NCBI GenBank assembly: GCA_027064425.1 | Contig: JAMOPO010000052.1 | Location: forward strand, 1 to 64,000 | DNA from: Methanobacteriota archaeon | GTDB lineage: Archaea > JAADCQ01 > Methanopyri > Methanopyrales > Methanopyraceae | DNA length: 64,000 nucleotides | Direction of reading: 5' to 3' | Shown here: piece after piece, positions 36,375 through 46,802 of the stretch | Numbering within the stretch: position 1 is the stretch's first letter | How the letters are laid out: each line of letters opens with the position of its first letter | Notes under the pieces: model-generated | Seen by the model: only the letters and a program-made list of their open reading frames with translations | The model's database searches: none | Told to the model about the DNA's origin: nothing | Made by a program: the position numbers and the translations under genes

Positions 36375-38657
36375 ATGGCACGATTCAAGCTCGACTTCGA
36401 GGGCATCAAGATCGAGATCGGGAGCGTCGAGAGCTTCGAACCGGAGGGTGAGGGACCGCACCCCTGCCCCTCCCTGTCGGATCTAAAGGACTGGGACCGG
36501 CGGCTGTTCTCCCGGTACAGGATCGCCGCGTTTCCAGTTTGCGACATGTGTTGTCTCTGCACGTTCGGCCGGTGTAACCTCGCGGAGGGAAGGCGCGGGG
36601 CGTGCGGGATCGATCTCCGCGCCAACGTGGCCCGGATGACCACCATCAAGACGTGCATCGGGGCCGCGTGCCACACCAGCCACGCCCGGCACCTGATCGA
36701 GTACATCCTCGAGAACGTCGGCGACGTGGAGATCGACCTCGGGCCCGAGATCGACGTTAAGATGCCCATCTTCGAGACCCTCCTCGGGTTCGAGCCCGAG
36801 ACGATCTCCGACCTGGAGAAGGGGCTCGAGTACATCGAGCGCGAGCTGACCAAGATCCTCGCCTCCGCCCACATGGGCCAGGAGTCCGACCCGCACGACT
36901 ACGAGTCCAAGGCCCTTCACGCCGGTATGCTCGACAACCTCGCGCTCGAGCTGGCCGACGTGGCCCAGATCGTCGCCTTCGACATGCCCAAGGGCGAGTC
37001 CCCGCTGGTCGAGTTCGGCCCCTTCGCGGCGGACGACTCCAAGCCCTGCATCCTACTCATCGGCCACAACGTCGCGCCCGGTACCGAGGTGCTGGACTAC
37101 CTCGAGGAGCGCGGTCTGGACGAGGAGGTCGAGGTCCTGGGCATCTGCTGCACGGCGTGGGACGCGTCCCGGGTCGAGAAGCGCGCCAAGGTCATCGGGC
37201 CGCTCTCCCGGCAGCTACACTACGTGAGGATGGGCATCGCGGACGTGATCATCCTGGACGAGCAGTGCGTGCGGGCGGACATCGTGGAGGAGGCCAAGGA
37301 GGTGGGCAGCCGCGTTATCACGACGCGGGACGTCCTCATGGGCGGCCTAAGGGACGTCACGGACGAGCCCGCGGACAAGATCGTGGAGAAGATGGCGTCC
37401 GGCGAGTGGATGGCCGTGTACATCGAGGACCTCGAGAAGGCGGCGAAGGTGGCGGTCGAGGTCGCGCTCAGGGTCCACGAGGAGCGTAAAAAGGAGGTCC
37501 CGCGGCCCGACCCGGACGAGATCAAGGGTCACGCGGAGCGCTGCCTGGAGTGCGGTGACTGCGAGCGCGTGTGCCCGAACGACCTCCCGATCGTGGAGGC
37601 GATGCGGAAGGCTCGCGAGGGCGACCTCGAGGACCTGGCCGAGCTCTTCTACCGGTGCGTGGGATGCGCTCGGTGCGAGTCGGAGTGTCCCGCGAGGATC
37701 CCGGTGATGAGGATCATCGAGGACGCCTGGCGCCTGAACGTTCGGAGGGAGCGGTACAAGGTCCGGACGGGTCGCGGTCCGATCAAGGACGTGGAGATCC
37801 GGCAGGTCGGCGGCCCGATCGTCATGGGTGACATCCCGGGAGTCGTCGCGTTCGTCGCCTGCCCGAACTACCCGGATGATATCCGCGAGATCGGTAGGAT
37901 GGTCGAGGAGCTCCTCGAGCGGAACTACATCGTGCTCACCTCCGGCTGCACGGCCATGGCCCTGGGGTACTACACGGACGAGGAGGGTAGGACGCTCTAC
38001 GAGAAGTACGAGGACCGGTTCGACGCCGGCTGCCTCGTGAACACGGGCTCCTGCATCTCGAACGCGCACATCCTCGGCGCCTGCATCAAGATCGCCGCGA
38101 TCTTCGCGAAGAAGCCGCTCAAGGGCAACTTCAAGGAGATCGCGGACTACATCATCAACCGGATCGGCGCGTGCGGCGTGCTCTGGGGCGCCATGAGCCA
38201 GAAGGCCCTCGCGATCTCGACCGGGTTCACGCGCTGGGGCATCCCGATCGTCTACGGGCCGGCCGGGCTCAACTACCAGACCCTGTACATCGGCGACCTG
38301 GACGGCGACTGGACCGTGTACGACGCCCGCACGGGCGAGAAGCGCGAGGAGCACTGCCCGATCCACCTCAAGTACGCGGCCGAGGACTGGCGTGAGGCCC
38401 TCGTCCAGGCCGTGAAGCTGTGCATCCGACCCAACGATACGCCGCAGGGCCGGCAGACCAAGCTGCAGAACTACGTGGAGCTGTACAAGAAGTTCTACAA
38501 CGAGCTCCCGCCCGACCTGCCCCTGTACGTGCGCGACGAGAACGACATCCCGCTCACGCTCAAGGACGAGATCATGGAGTACCTGGAGGAGGTCGGCTGG
38601 GAGCCCCGGGAGCCGATCTCCGAGCCCACGCTCCTGGAGGAGAACGCCCGGGGTTGA
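36375..38657 (+). CDS. cdhA: ACDS alpha subunit (CO dehydrogenase)
   Basis: CDMCCLCTFGRC, HTSH, IGHN, GICCT, two ferredoxin motifs, SQKA, RPNDTPQGR. Confidence 0.97.
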   Translation: MARFKLDFEGIKIEIGSVESFEPEGEGPHPCPSLSDLKDWDRRLFSRYRIAAFPVCDMCCLCTFGRCNLAEGRRGACGIDLRANVARMTTIKTCIGAACHTSHARHLIEYILENVGDVEIDLGPEIDVKMPIFETLLGFEPETISDLEKGLEYIERELTKILASAHMGQESDPHDYESKALHAGMLDNLALELADVAQIVAFDMPKGESPLVEFGPFAADDSKPCILLIGHNVAPGTEVLDYLEERGLDEEVEVLGICCTAWDASRVEKRAKVIGPLSRQLHYVRMGIADVIILDEQCVRADIVEEAKEVGSRVITTRDVLMGGLRDVTDEPADKIVEKMASGEWMAVYIEDLEKAAKVAVEVALRVHEERKKEVPRPDPDEIKGHAERCLECGDCERVCPNDLPIVEAMRKAREGDLEDLAELFYRCVGCARCESECPARIPVMRIIEDAWRLNVRRERYKVRTGRGPIKDVEIRQVGGPIVMGDIPGVVAFVACPNYPDDIREIGRMVEELLERNYIVLTSGCTAMALGYYTDEEGRTLYEKYEDRFDAGCLVNTGSCISNAHILGACIKIAAIFAKKPLKGNFKEIADYIINRIGACGVLWGAMSQKALAISTGFTRWGIPIVYGPAGLNYQTLYIGDLDGDWTVYDARTGEKREEHCPIHLKYAAEDWREALVQAVKLCIRPNDTPQGRQTKLQNYVELYKKFYNELPPDLPLYVRDENDIPLTLKDEIMEYLEEVGWEPREPISEPTLLEENARG

Positions 38658-39142
38658 GGCCCGTGCCGCTGCCCAAGGACCCGACGCTCATCTACACGAG
38701 CAAGGCCGAGGTCGCCCGGGCCCCGGTCATCCGGAGCCTCCTCTCCCGGGCGGACGAGCCCCTGTTCGTCGTGGGGCCCCGGGCCGTCGAGGACGACGAG
38801 TGGAGGGACCGGGTCGCCCAGCTCATCCGCCGGTTCCGGGCCGGCGCCGTCTGCACGGCCCCGTACGGTGGCGACGACCTGGGCCGCAAGATGGGGATGG
38901 TGGAGCTCGCCACCCTGCTCCAGCGAGACGCCCCCGTCCTCGGCTCGAACCCGGACGTGGTCGTGCTCACGGGCTCCCGAACGGACGTCACGGACCGAGT
39001 ACTCCAGAGCCTTCGGCACGCGCGCCCCGACCTCGTGAAAATCTCGCTGAACCCAGAGTACTGCCCGAGCGCCGACTACTCGCTCCCCACGATGGACATG
39101 GACGACTTCCTCAGGGAGCTGGAGGAGCTCCTGAAGGCGTGA
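38654..39142 (+). CDS. cdhB: ACDS epsilon subunit
   Basis: Directly after cdhA; PLFVVG, DVVVLTG, ISLNPEYCPSADYS. Confidence 0.85.
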   Translation: MRPVPLPKDPTLIYTSKAEVARAPVIRSLLSRADEPLFVVGPRAVEDDEWRDRVAQLIRRFRAGAVCTAPYGGDDLGRKMGMVELATLLQRDAPVLGSNPDVVVLTGSRTDVTDRVLQSLRHARPDLVKISLNPEYCPSADYSLPTMDMDDFLRELEELLKA

Positions 39143-39146
39143 TCCA

Positions 39147-41072
39147 GTGGTACATGGGGGCCGCGATTCAGTGGAATTGGACGACGTCGAGGTCGAGATC
39201 GGCGAACTCATCGTGGAGGAGAAGCCGGAGGGAGAGGCCGAGGGTCCGACCCACCGCGAGCTTATCCACTGGGATCGAACGCTCACCTCGGTCTACGACC
39301 TGGTCGTCGTCCCGGGCGATTCCGAGGAGGAGCGGCGAGGGACGATCCGCACGATCGCCGAACTCTGCTGCAAGGGAGCGGCGACGCTGATCTCCACCGC
39401 CAAGCTAACGGTGGACCTGCTCCGCCAGACGGGCGGGAGGCTGGAACCCGGATTCGAGGCCGAGACTCCCCTCCCCATCTTCGAGACGCTCCTGGACGAC
39501 GCTCCCGAGCGCGCCGCCGATCTCGAGGCGGGACTCTCCTACGCCGAGCGGGAGCTTACGGCCTCGGTCTCAGAGCTCGCACGCTCCCACTCCGTTGAGG
39601 GTTACGAGGCCGTGGCACTGCACGCCGGCACGATCGGTCTCCTCGCGATGGAGATCGCGGACGCTGCCCTCTCCACGGTGATGGATACCCCGGACGCCGA
39701 GGACGTGTTCGAGATCGGGACCGAAAACCTGCCGAACCGCCCCACGGTCCTGCTGATCGGGCACCTACCCCTCATCGGGAGCGTCATCGTGGAGGAGCTG
39801 GGAACGCTCGCAAGACAGGTGGAATTCGTTGGGCTGACCCACACCGCGTGGCCCGACCGTAGCGACCACGTCAGGGTTGTGGGACCACTCTCGATGTACC
39901 GGGAGTACGTCTCCTCCGGCTTTGCGGACGTTGTGGTCGTGGACGGTGCGTGCCCGGGCGAGGACGTGGTTGAGGCGGCCCGCGGCGCCGGGTCCAAGCT
40001 GGTCGCCACCTTCGGGGCCCGCACAGCGGACCTCCCAGACGTCACCGACCAGCCCGTCGAGGAGGCCGTTGAGACGTTGGTCGCAGAGGAGGACGCGGTC
40101 TACGTCGAGGACCCCATCAAGGCCGTTGAGATCGCCGCGTGGGCGGCACTCCGCGTCGAAGGCTCCCGGGACCGCGGGGAACCGCCCTCGAAGAGCTTCC
40201 GAATCGGCCCACCCACCCGGCTCTCGGACGTGATCATCCGGGACGTGGGCGTACCGGTCGTATCCGGTAACATTCCCGGCATAATCGTGCTGCTATCCTG
40301 CCCCGAGAGGTCGGAGGACGTGGAGGAGCCGGTCAAAATCGCCGAGGCTCTTCTGAAGCGCGGCTACCTCGTGCTGGTCCCCGGCTGCCTGGCCATCGCG
40401 CTGGGCTCTTACCGGGACGAGGACGGGAGGTCCCTGTACGAGCGTTACCCGGACTCGCTCCTCCACGTCGGCCCCTGCACGTCCGCCGCGCACCTGGTCG
40501 GCGCCTGCGTCCGTATCGGAGTGATCTTCGGGAAGCTCTCGATCCGAGGGAAGTTCGCCCGGGTCGCCGACTACGTGCTCAACCGAGTCGGAGCCTGCGT
40601 AGTAGCGTGGGGTAGGGAGTTCTCGGAGCACCTGATCGCGGCCGCCTACGGGGTGACCCGGTGTGGGATTCCGGTGGTGATTGGACCGGACCCGGACGCG
40701 GGGTCCCTGCTAGTCGAAAGGGAGCCGAGGGTTATCGACGCTCGATCGGGTGAGGAGGCGGAAGATCCGACCCCGGAGCATCTCCGGTGCGCGGTCTCTG
40801 ACTGGAAGGAGGCGGCGGTCACGGCCGCGCGGCTCTGCATGCGTCCCAACGACACTCCGGAGTGCCGGCAGAGGAAGGTTGAGGCGTACGTCGAGCTGCA
40901 TCGGGAGCTCTACGGGGAGCTGCCGCCCGACCTTGACCGGCTCATCCGAGACGAGAACGACGTTCCCCCGGCGCTCAAGTCCGAGATCCGGGAGCGGTTG
41001 GAAGAGGCTGGATGGACGCCCGGATCACGCGCGTCCGATCCCACGCTGTTACCAGAGGAAAAGCAGGGGTGA
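39147..41072 (+). CDS. Degenerate second ACDS alpha paralogue (641 aa)
   Basis: Colinear with cdhA (ALHAG, IGH, NRVGAC, CMRPNDT) but lacks the N-terminal Cys cluster and ferredoxin domain. Confidence 0.9.
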   Translation: MVHGGRDSVELDDVEVEIGELIVEEKPEGEAEGPTHRELIHWDRTLTSVYDLVVVPGDSEEERRGTIRTIAELCCKGAATLISTAKLTVDLLRQTGGRLEPGFEAETPLPIFETLLDDAPERAADLEAGLSYAERELTASVSELARSHSVEGYEAVALHAGTIGLLAMEIADAALSTVMDTPDAEDVFEIGTENLPNRPTVLLIGHLPLIGSVIVEELGTLARQVEFVGLTHTAWPDRSDHVRVVGPLSMYREYVSSGFADVVVVDGACPGEDVVEAARGAGSKLVATFGARTADLPDVTDQPVEEAVETLVAEEDAVYVEDPIKAVEIAAWAALRVEGSRDRGEPPSKSFRIGPPTRLSDVIIRDVGVPVVSGNIPGIIVLLSCPERSEDVEEPVKIAEALLKRGYLVLVPGCLAIALGSYRDEDGRSLYERYPDSLLHVGPCTSAAHLVGACVRIGVIFGKLSIRGKFARVADYVLNRVGACVVAWGREFSEHLIAAAYGVTRCGIPVVIGPDPDAGSLLVEREPRVIDARSGEEAEDPTPEHLRCAVSDWKEAAVTAARLCMRPNDTPECRQRKVEAYVELHRELYGELPPDLDRLIRDENDVPPALKSEIRERLEEAGWTPGSRASDPTLLPEEKQG

Positions 41073-41078
41073 GCGCGC

Positions 41079-42485
41079 TTGACGAGCCTCGCGGACCTGC
41101 CCGTGGACGTGAGCCCCCGGCACGAGGGCGAGCGGATCCGCAGCGGGGACATGTACGTGGAGCTCGCCGGCCCGAAGAGCTTCGGCGCCGAGCTCTTCCG
41201 CGTGGTGGACGAGGACGAGATCGAGCCGGACAAGGTCGAGGTGATCGGGCCGGACATTGACGAGATGGAAGAGGGTGAGCGGTACCCGTTCGGCATCCTC
41301 GTCAAGGCGGCCGGGGAGGAGCTGGAGGAGGACGTGGAAGGCGTCCTGGAGCGACGCATCCACGAGTTCTGCAACTACGTGGAGGGGTTCATGCACCTCA
41401 ACCAGCGGGACCAGATCTGGTGCCGCGTGTCCAAGGAGGCGGCCGAGAAGGGCTTCCGGCTCGAGCACCTGGGCATCGCCCTTCGCGAGCTGTTCAAGGA
41501 GGAGTTCGGCAACGTGATCGACGCGATCGAGGTCACTCTGATGACGGACGAGGAGCGCGTGAAGGAGTTCGTGGAGCAGGCTCGAGAGGTGTACAGGGAG
41601 CGGGACGAGCGGGCGCGCGAGCTCTCCGAGGAGGACGTGGACGAGTTCTACGTGTGCCTCATGTGCCAGTCCTTCGCGCCCACGCACGTGTGCGTGATCA
41701 CGCCCGACCGGCCGAGCCTCTGCGGCTCGATCACCTGGCACGACGCCAAGGCGGCGCACAAGATCGACCCGGAGGGCCCGATCTTCCCGATCGAGAAGGG
41801 TGAGTGCCTGGACCCCGAGGCGGGCGAGTACGAGGGCGTGAACGAGGCGGTCAAGGAGCACTCGCAGGGGACGGTGGAGCGGGTTTACCTCCACTCCTGC
41901 CTTGAGTACCCGCACACGAGCTGCGGCTGCTTCCAGGCGATCGTGTTCTACATCCCGGAGGTGGACGGGTTCGGCATCGTCGACCGCGAGTACTCGGGCG
42001 AGACCCCGCTCGGCATGCCCTTCTCCACGATGGCGGGCGAGGCGAGCGGCGGTGAGCAGAAGCCGGGCTTCGTGGGCATCTCGTACGGCTACATGGAGTC
42101 GGACAAGTTCCTCCAGCACGACGGCGGGTGGGAGCGCGTCGTCTGGATGCCCAAGGAGCTGAAAGAGCGGGTGAAGCACGCCATCCCGGACGACCTGTAC
42201 GACAAGATCGCCACGGAGGAGGACGCGACCACGGTCGAGGAGCTCAAGGAGTTCCTGGAGGAGGTCGAGCACCCGGTCGTCGAGCGGTGGGAGGAGGAAG
42301 AGGAGGTTGAGGAGGAGAAGGCCGAGGAGGCGGTCGCCGAGGAGGAAGAGAGGCCGGTGGTGGAGGCGGAGGAGCTGCCCGTCGCGCCCGGTGGTGGTCT
42401 CAACGTGAAGATCGTGCTCAAGAACGCCAAGATCTACGCCGAGAAGGTCATCATCAAGCGCGAGGACAGGGAAGGAAAGAGTTGA
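41079..42485 (+). CDS. cdhC: ACDS beta subunit (acetyl-CoA synthase)
   Basis: CLMCQSFAPTHVC, HTSCGCF. Confidence 0.97.
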   Translation: MTSLADLPVDVSPRHEGERIRSGDMYVELAGPKSFGAELFRVVDEDEIEPDKVEVIGPDIDEMEEGERYPFGILVKAAGEELEEDVEGVLERRIHEFCNYVEGFMHLNQRDQIWCRVSKEAAEKGFRLEHLGIALRELFKEEFGNVIDAIEVTLMTDEERVKEFVEQAREVYRERDERARELSEEDVDEFYVCLMCQSFAPTHVCVITPDRPSLCGSITWHDAKAAHKIDPEGPIFPIEKGECLDPEAGEYEGVNEAVKEHSQGTVERVYLHSCLEYPHTSCGCFQAIVFYIPEVDGFGIVDREYSGETPLGMPFSTMAGEASGGEQKPGFVGISYGYMESDKFLQHDGGWERVVWMPKELKERVKHAIPDDLYDKIATEEDATTVEELKEFLEEVEHPVVERWEEEEEVEEEKAEEAVAEEEERPVVEAEELPVAPGGGLNVKIVLKNAKIYAEKVIIKREDREGKS

Positions 42486-43240
42486 TCCTCGCCTTCACCG
42501 GGAAGGGCGGGACGGGGAAGACCGTCCTCGCCGCCCTCTCCGTCCTCGAGCTCACCGAGCGCGGGCCCGGCGACCTTCTAGTCATCGATGCGGACCCGGA
42601 CGCGAACATGCCGGACGCCCTGGGCGTCGAGCCCGAGACCACGCTGGGCGAGGTTCGGGAGCGGTTCAAGCGCGAGATCGAGGAGGAGCAGCTCCCGCCC
42701 GGCTTTGACAAGCAGGCGTACATGGAGTACCTCGTCATGACCGCCCTCCACGAGACCGAGGACTTCGACCTCCTCGTCATGGGCCGCTCCGAGGGTCGCG
42801 GGTGCTACTGCGCCGTCAATCACTGGCTCCGCCGGGTCATGTCCGACCTGCTCCCCGAGTACGATCTCGTGGTGATGGACTGCGAGGCCGGGCTGGAGCA
42901 CGTCAGCCGCGGCATCATCGACGGCGTCGACCTGGTCCTGATCGTGGTCGATCACTCCCGGAAGGCTCTGCGGACCGCCGCCCGGATCGTGGAGCTCATC
43001 GACGAGCTCGAGTCCGAGGTGGGCGAGGTTCGGGTCGTTGCGAACCGCGTCACGGAGAGGGAGTACCGCGTGATCCGGCGCGAGGGGGAGCGGATGGGGC
43101 TCTCCTTCCTCGGCCGGGTTCGACCGGACGAGGAGCTGGTCGAGCTGGAGCTGCGCGGTCGGCCGCTCACCGAGCTCTCCCCCGACTCCAAGGCCCGGCG
43201 CGACGTCCGGGAGATCCTCTCCCGGGCGGGGGTGGTGTAG
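42482..43240 (+). CDS. cooC: CooC/AcsF nickel-insertion ATPase
   Basis: GKGGTGKT, DADP, GCYC, EAGLEH. Confidence 0.93.
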   Translation: MILAFTGKGGTGKTVLAALSVLELTERGPGDLLVIDADPDANMPDALGVEPETTLGEVRERFKREIEEEQLPPGFDKQAYMEYLVMTALHETEDFDLLVMGRSEGRGCYCAVNHWLRRVMSDLLPEYDLVVMDCEAGLEHVSRGIIDGVDLVLIVVDHSRKALRTAARIVELIDELESEVGEVRVVANRVTEREYRVIRREGERMGLSFLGRVRPDEELVELELRGRPLTELSPDSKARRDVREILSRAGVV

Positions 43241-44446
43241 TTGTCCGAGCGGGAGAGGGTCGACGAGCTCCTGGAGAAGCTGCTGAACCGCGTTCTCGGC
43301 GAGGGCGGGGTCGAGGAGGTCGAGCTCCGGAACGTTTCGATCGAGGTGGAGGAGCTGGAGCTGGACCTGCGCACGGTCGCTCAGGCGCTGCCCCGCGAGG
43401 TCTGGGAGCGGCTGGTCAAGCCCCGGGCGGAGGAGGCTCGGCGGGAGGTGGAGGTACCCGAGTACGAGCCTCCGGTCGAGGAGTACGAGGGGGAGGTGGC
43501 CGAGGTCCAGCTCGGGGCGACGCGCTCCGAGGGTGGCACCCGCGACCGGGTGGTCAAGCTCGGTGGCGAGCGCGCTTACTTCGTCTTCGAGGGCCCGCGA
43601 CCGAACCCGCCCGTCGTCACGTTCGACGTGTTCGACACCCCGGACGTCGGCATTCCCGGCCCCATCCGGGAGGAGCTGGGGGACGTGGTCGAGGACCCCG
43701 TGGACTGGGCTAGGACGGTCGTGAAGCGGTACGACGTGGACGTGATCACGCTCCACCTGGTGAGCACGTCCCCGAAGCTGCACGACGCGCCCGTGGAGGA
43801 GGCGATGAAGACCCTGGAGGACGTGCTCGACGCGGTGAAGGTCCCGGTCATCGTGGGCGGCTCGGGCGACCCGGAGAAGGACGTCGAGCTGTTCGTGAAG
43901 GCGGCCGAGGTGTGCGAGGGCGAGCGGGTGATGCTCTCCTCGATCAACGAGGACATGGACTTCGAGCGGGTGGTCGACGCGGCCAAGGAGTACGGGCACG
44001 TGGTCCTGACCTTCGCACCGGTCGATGTTAACATGATGAAAACCCTGAACAAGAAGGTGCTCAACCGGGGCCTCTCGAAGGAGGACGTGGTGATGGACCC
44101 GACCACGTGCGCGCTCGGCTACGGCATCGAGTACACGGTTGACGTGATGACCCGGATCCGGCTCGCCGCGCTCCGCGGTGACGAGTACCTCCAGATGCCC
44201 ATCTCGAGCGGCTCGACCAACGCGTGGGCGGCCCGAGAGGCCTGGATGAAGGAGGAGTCCTGGGGCCCGCGCGAGTACCGGGGCCCGCTCTGGGAGGCCG
44301 TGACCGCGACCACGGTCGCCCTGTGCGGCGCCGACCTCCTGATGATGTTCCACCCCTGGGCCGTCCGGGTCGTCCAAGAGGCGCTCGAGCACATGGGTCG
44401 CGAGCGGAAGGGTGGGGACGCCTACGTCACGGACTTCATCGCGTAG
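43241..44446 (+). CDS. cdhD: ACDS delta subunit (corrinoid Fe-S protein, small)
   Basis: GGSGDPEKD, MDPTTCALGYGIEY, NAWAAREAW. Confidence 0.96.
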   Translation: MSERERVDELLEKLLNRVLGEGGVEEVELRNVSIEVEELELDLRTVAQALPREVWERLVKPRAEEARREVEVPEYEPPVEEYEGEVAEVQLGATRSEGGTRDRVVKLGGERAYFVFEGPRPNPPVVTFDVFDTPDVGIPGPIREELGDVVEDPVDWARTVVKRYDVDVITLHLVSTSPKLHDAPVEEAMKTLEDVLDAVKVPVIVGGSGDPEKDVELFVKAAEVCEGERVMLSSINEDMDFERVVDAAKEYGHVVLTFAPVDVNMMKTLNKKVLNRGLSKEDVVMDPTTCALGYGIEYTVDVMTRIRLAALRGDEYLQMPISSGSTNAWAAREAWMKEESWGPREYRGPLWEAVTATTVALCGADLLMMFHPWAVRVVQEALEHMGRERKGGDAYVTDFIA

Positions 44447-44457
44447 GGGGGCCCGGG

Positions 44458-45852
44458 ATGCCCGAGGTCAGCGCCATGGACGTGTACAAGCTCCTCCCCA
44501 AGTCCAACTGCGGGGCCTGCGGCTGCAAGACCTGCATGGAGTTCGCGACCAAGCTGGTCAACCGGGAGGCCGACCCGGAGGACTGCCCCAACCTGGACGA
44601 GGAGGCCCTGGAGAAGCTCCGCGAGCTGCTCGCCCCGCCCATCCGCGAGGTCTCCATCTGCGAGGGCGATCGGAGGGTGGTCGTCGGAGGCGACGAGGTG
44701 CTCTTCCGGCACGAGCTCTCGTACTTCAACCCGCCCCCCGTCTTCATCGCCGTCTACGACGACATGGAGGAGGACGAGCTGCGCGAGAAGGTGGAGCGCG
44801 CCCAGGAGTTCCAGGTCGAGCGAGTGGGTGAGACCCTCCGGGTGGACGGGCTCGCCGTCGTCTCCCGGACCGGGGACCCCGAGCGCTTCGCAGCGGCCGT
44901 GGAGACGGCCGTCGAGCACTCCGAGGACCTCGCGATCGCCCTCGTGTCCCAGAGCCCCGACGTGCTGGAGTCGGGGCTGGACGTGTTCGACGAGCGCCCG
45001 CTGCTCTACCCGTGCACGGAGGAGAACCGAGACGACATGATCGAGCTCGCGGCGGAGCACGAGTGCCCCCTAGGGCTTCACGCGACCGAGGTCGAGGACC
45101 TGGTGGAGCTCGCGGCTCACGCCCGCGAGCGGGTGGAGGATCTCCTGCTGGACCCGGGGACGGAGCTCGGCCCGCACGACGTGGTCGCCACGACGGACAA
45201 GCTGGCCGAGCTCCGGAAGGCCGCCATCGAGGAGGAGTTCGAGCTCCTCGGGTACCCGACGCTGGTCACGACCTTCCCGTACCGGTTCCTGGAGGATGAT
45301 CCGGTGGAGGCCGCGCGGCGCGAGTCGTACCTGGCGTCCGCGTGCGTGCTCCGCTACGCGGACGCGCTGATCATGGACACCCTCGAGCCCTGGGCGCTGC
45401 TCCCCGTCCTGACCCAGCGCCAGTGCATATACACGGACCCGCGCGAGCCGCAGGAGGTGGACCCGGGCCTCTACAAGATCGGGGACCCGGACGAGCACTC
45501 GCCCGTGCTCGTGACCACGAACTTCACCCTCACGTACCACTGCGTGGCGGACGACCTGGAGAGCGCGGACGTCGACTGCTGGCTCCTCGTGATCGACACG
45601 GGCGGGCTGGCCGTCGACGTCAGCGTGGCGGGTGGGCAGTTCAACGGGCAGGCGGTGAAGGAGGCCCTGGAGGAGTTCAACGTCGAGGAGAAGGTGAATC
45701 ACCGGGTGCTCGTGATCCCGGGCAAGGCCGCGGCGGTAAAGGGGGACGTGGAGGACGCGACCGGTTGGAAGGTCGTGATCGGCACCCAGGACTCCTCCGA
45801 GCTCCCGGAGTTCCTTGAGAAGGAGGGCCTGCTCAGGATAGAGGAGGGATAG
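44458..45852 (+). CDS. cdhE: ACDS gamma subunit (corrinoid Fe-S protein, large)
   Basis: LPKSNCGACGCKTC, YTDPREP, VTTNFTLTY. Confidence 0.96.
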   Translation: MPEVSAMDVYKLLPKSNCGACGCKTCMEFATKLVNREADPEDCPNLDEEALEKLRELLAPPIREVSICEGDRRVVVGGDEVLFRHELSYFNPPPVFIAVYDDMEEDELREKVERAQEFQVERVGETLRVDGLAVVSRTGDPERFAAAVETAVEHSEDLAIALVSQSPDVLESGLDVFDERPLLYPCTEENRDDMIELAAEHECPLGLHATEVEDLVELAAHARERVEDLLLDPGTELGPHDVVATTDKLAELRKAAIEEEFELLGYPTLVTTFPYRFLEDDPVEAARRESYLASACVLRYADALIMDTLEPWALLPVLTQRQCIYTDPREPQEVDPGLYKIGDPDEHSPVLVTTNFTLTYHCVADDLESADVDCWLLVIDTGGLAVDVSVAGGQFNGQAVKEALEEFNVEEKVNHRVLVIPGKAAAVKGDVEDATGWKVVIGTQDSSELPEFLEKEGLLRIEEG

Positions 45853-45855
45853 GCC

Positions 45856-46791
45856 GTGACCACCGTGCTGGTGACGGGCGGGGCCGGGTTCATCGGCTCG
45901 CACGTGGTGGAGGAGCTCGTCGAGCGGGACTACAACGTCGGCGTCATCGACTCGCTCGTCTCCGGGGACCTGTCCAACCTGGAGCGCGTGATCGACGAAA
46001 TTGAGTTCTGGCGGGTGGACGTCCAGGACCCGCGCGGCGTCGAGACCGTCTTCTCGGAGTTCGAGCCCGACGTCGTCGTGCACCTGGCCGCGCAGACGAA
46101 CGTCCGGTACTCCATGAGGAACCCCGTCGCCGACGCGAGCGTGAACGTGATGGGCACCCTGAACCTCGCCTCCCTCGCCTCCCGCTACGAGGTGGAGCGC
46201 TTCGTGTACGCCTCCTCGGGCGGGGCCGTGTACGGAGAGCCCCAGTACCTGCCCGTGGACGAGGAGCACCCGACCAGACCCATCTCCAGCTACGGCGCGT
46301 CCAAGCTGGCCGGCGAGCACTACGTCCGCGTGTACGCCGAGGCGGACGGCTTCGACCACGTCATCCTCCGGTACGCGAACGTCTACGGGCCGCGCCAGGA
46401 CCCGCGCGGCGAGGCGGGCGTGATCTCGATCTTCCTCCACCGGGCCGCCCGGGGCGAGCCGCTCCGGGTCTTCGGGGACGGCGAGCAGACGCGCGACTTC
46501 GTCTTCGTCCGGGACGTCGCCCGCGTGACCGCCGACGCGGTGGAGAAGGGCCGCGGCGTCTACAACATCGGCTCCGGCCGCGAGACGTCCGTGAACGAGA
46601 TCGTCGAGCTCGTCCGTAAGGTCACGGGCCGGGACGTGAAGGTCGTGTACGAGGATGCACGGGCGGGCGAGGTGCGTCGCATCTACCTGGACATCACCCG
46701 GGCCCGCAAGGAGCTCGACTTCGAGCCCGAGACGGACCTCGAGGAGGGCGTGAAGATCACCTGGGAGTGGATCAAGTCCAACGTTCCCTGA
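45856..46791 (+). CDS. galE: NAD-dependent sugar epimerase (UDP-glucose 4-epimerase family)
   Basis: [21 protein letters not shown]. Confidence 0.88.
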   Translation: MTTVLVTGGAGFIGSHVVEELVERDYNVGVIDSLVSGDLSNLERVIDEIEFWRVDVQDPRGVETVFSEFEPDVVVHLAAQTNVRYSMRNPVADASVNVMGTLNLASLASRYEVERFVYASSGGAVYGEPQYLPVDEEHPTRPISSYGASKLAGEHYVRVYAEADGFDHVILRYANVYGPRQDPRGEAGVISIFLHRAARGEPLRVFGDGEQTRDFVFVRDVARVTADAVEKGRGVYNIGSGRETSVNEIVELVRKVTGRDVKVVYEDARAGEVRRIYLDITRARKELDFEPETDLEEGVKITWEWIKSNVP

Positions 46792-46802
46792 GGGGATGCC
46801 TC

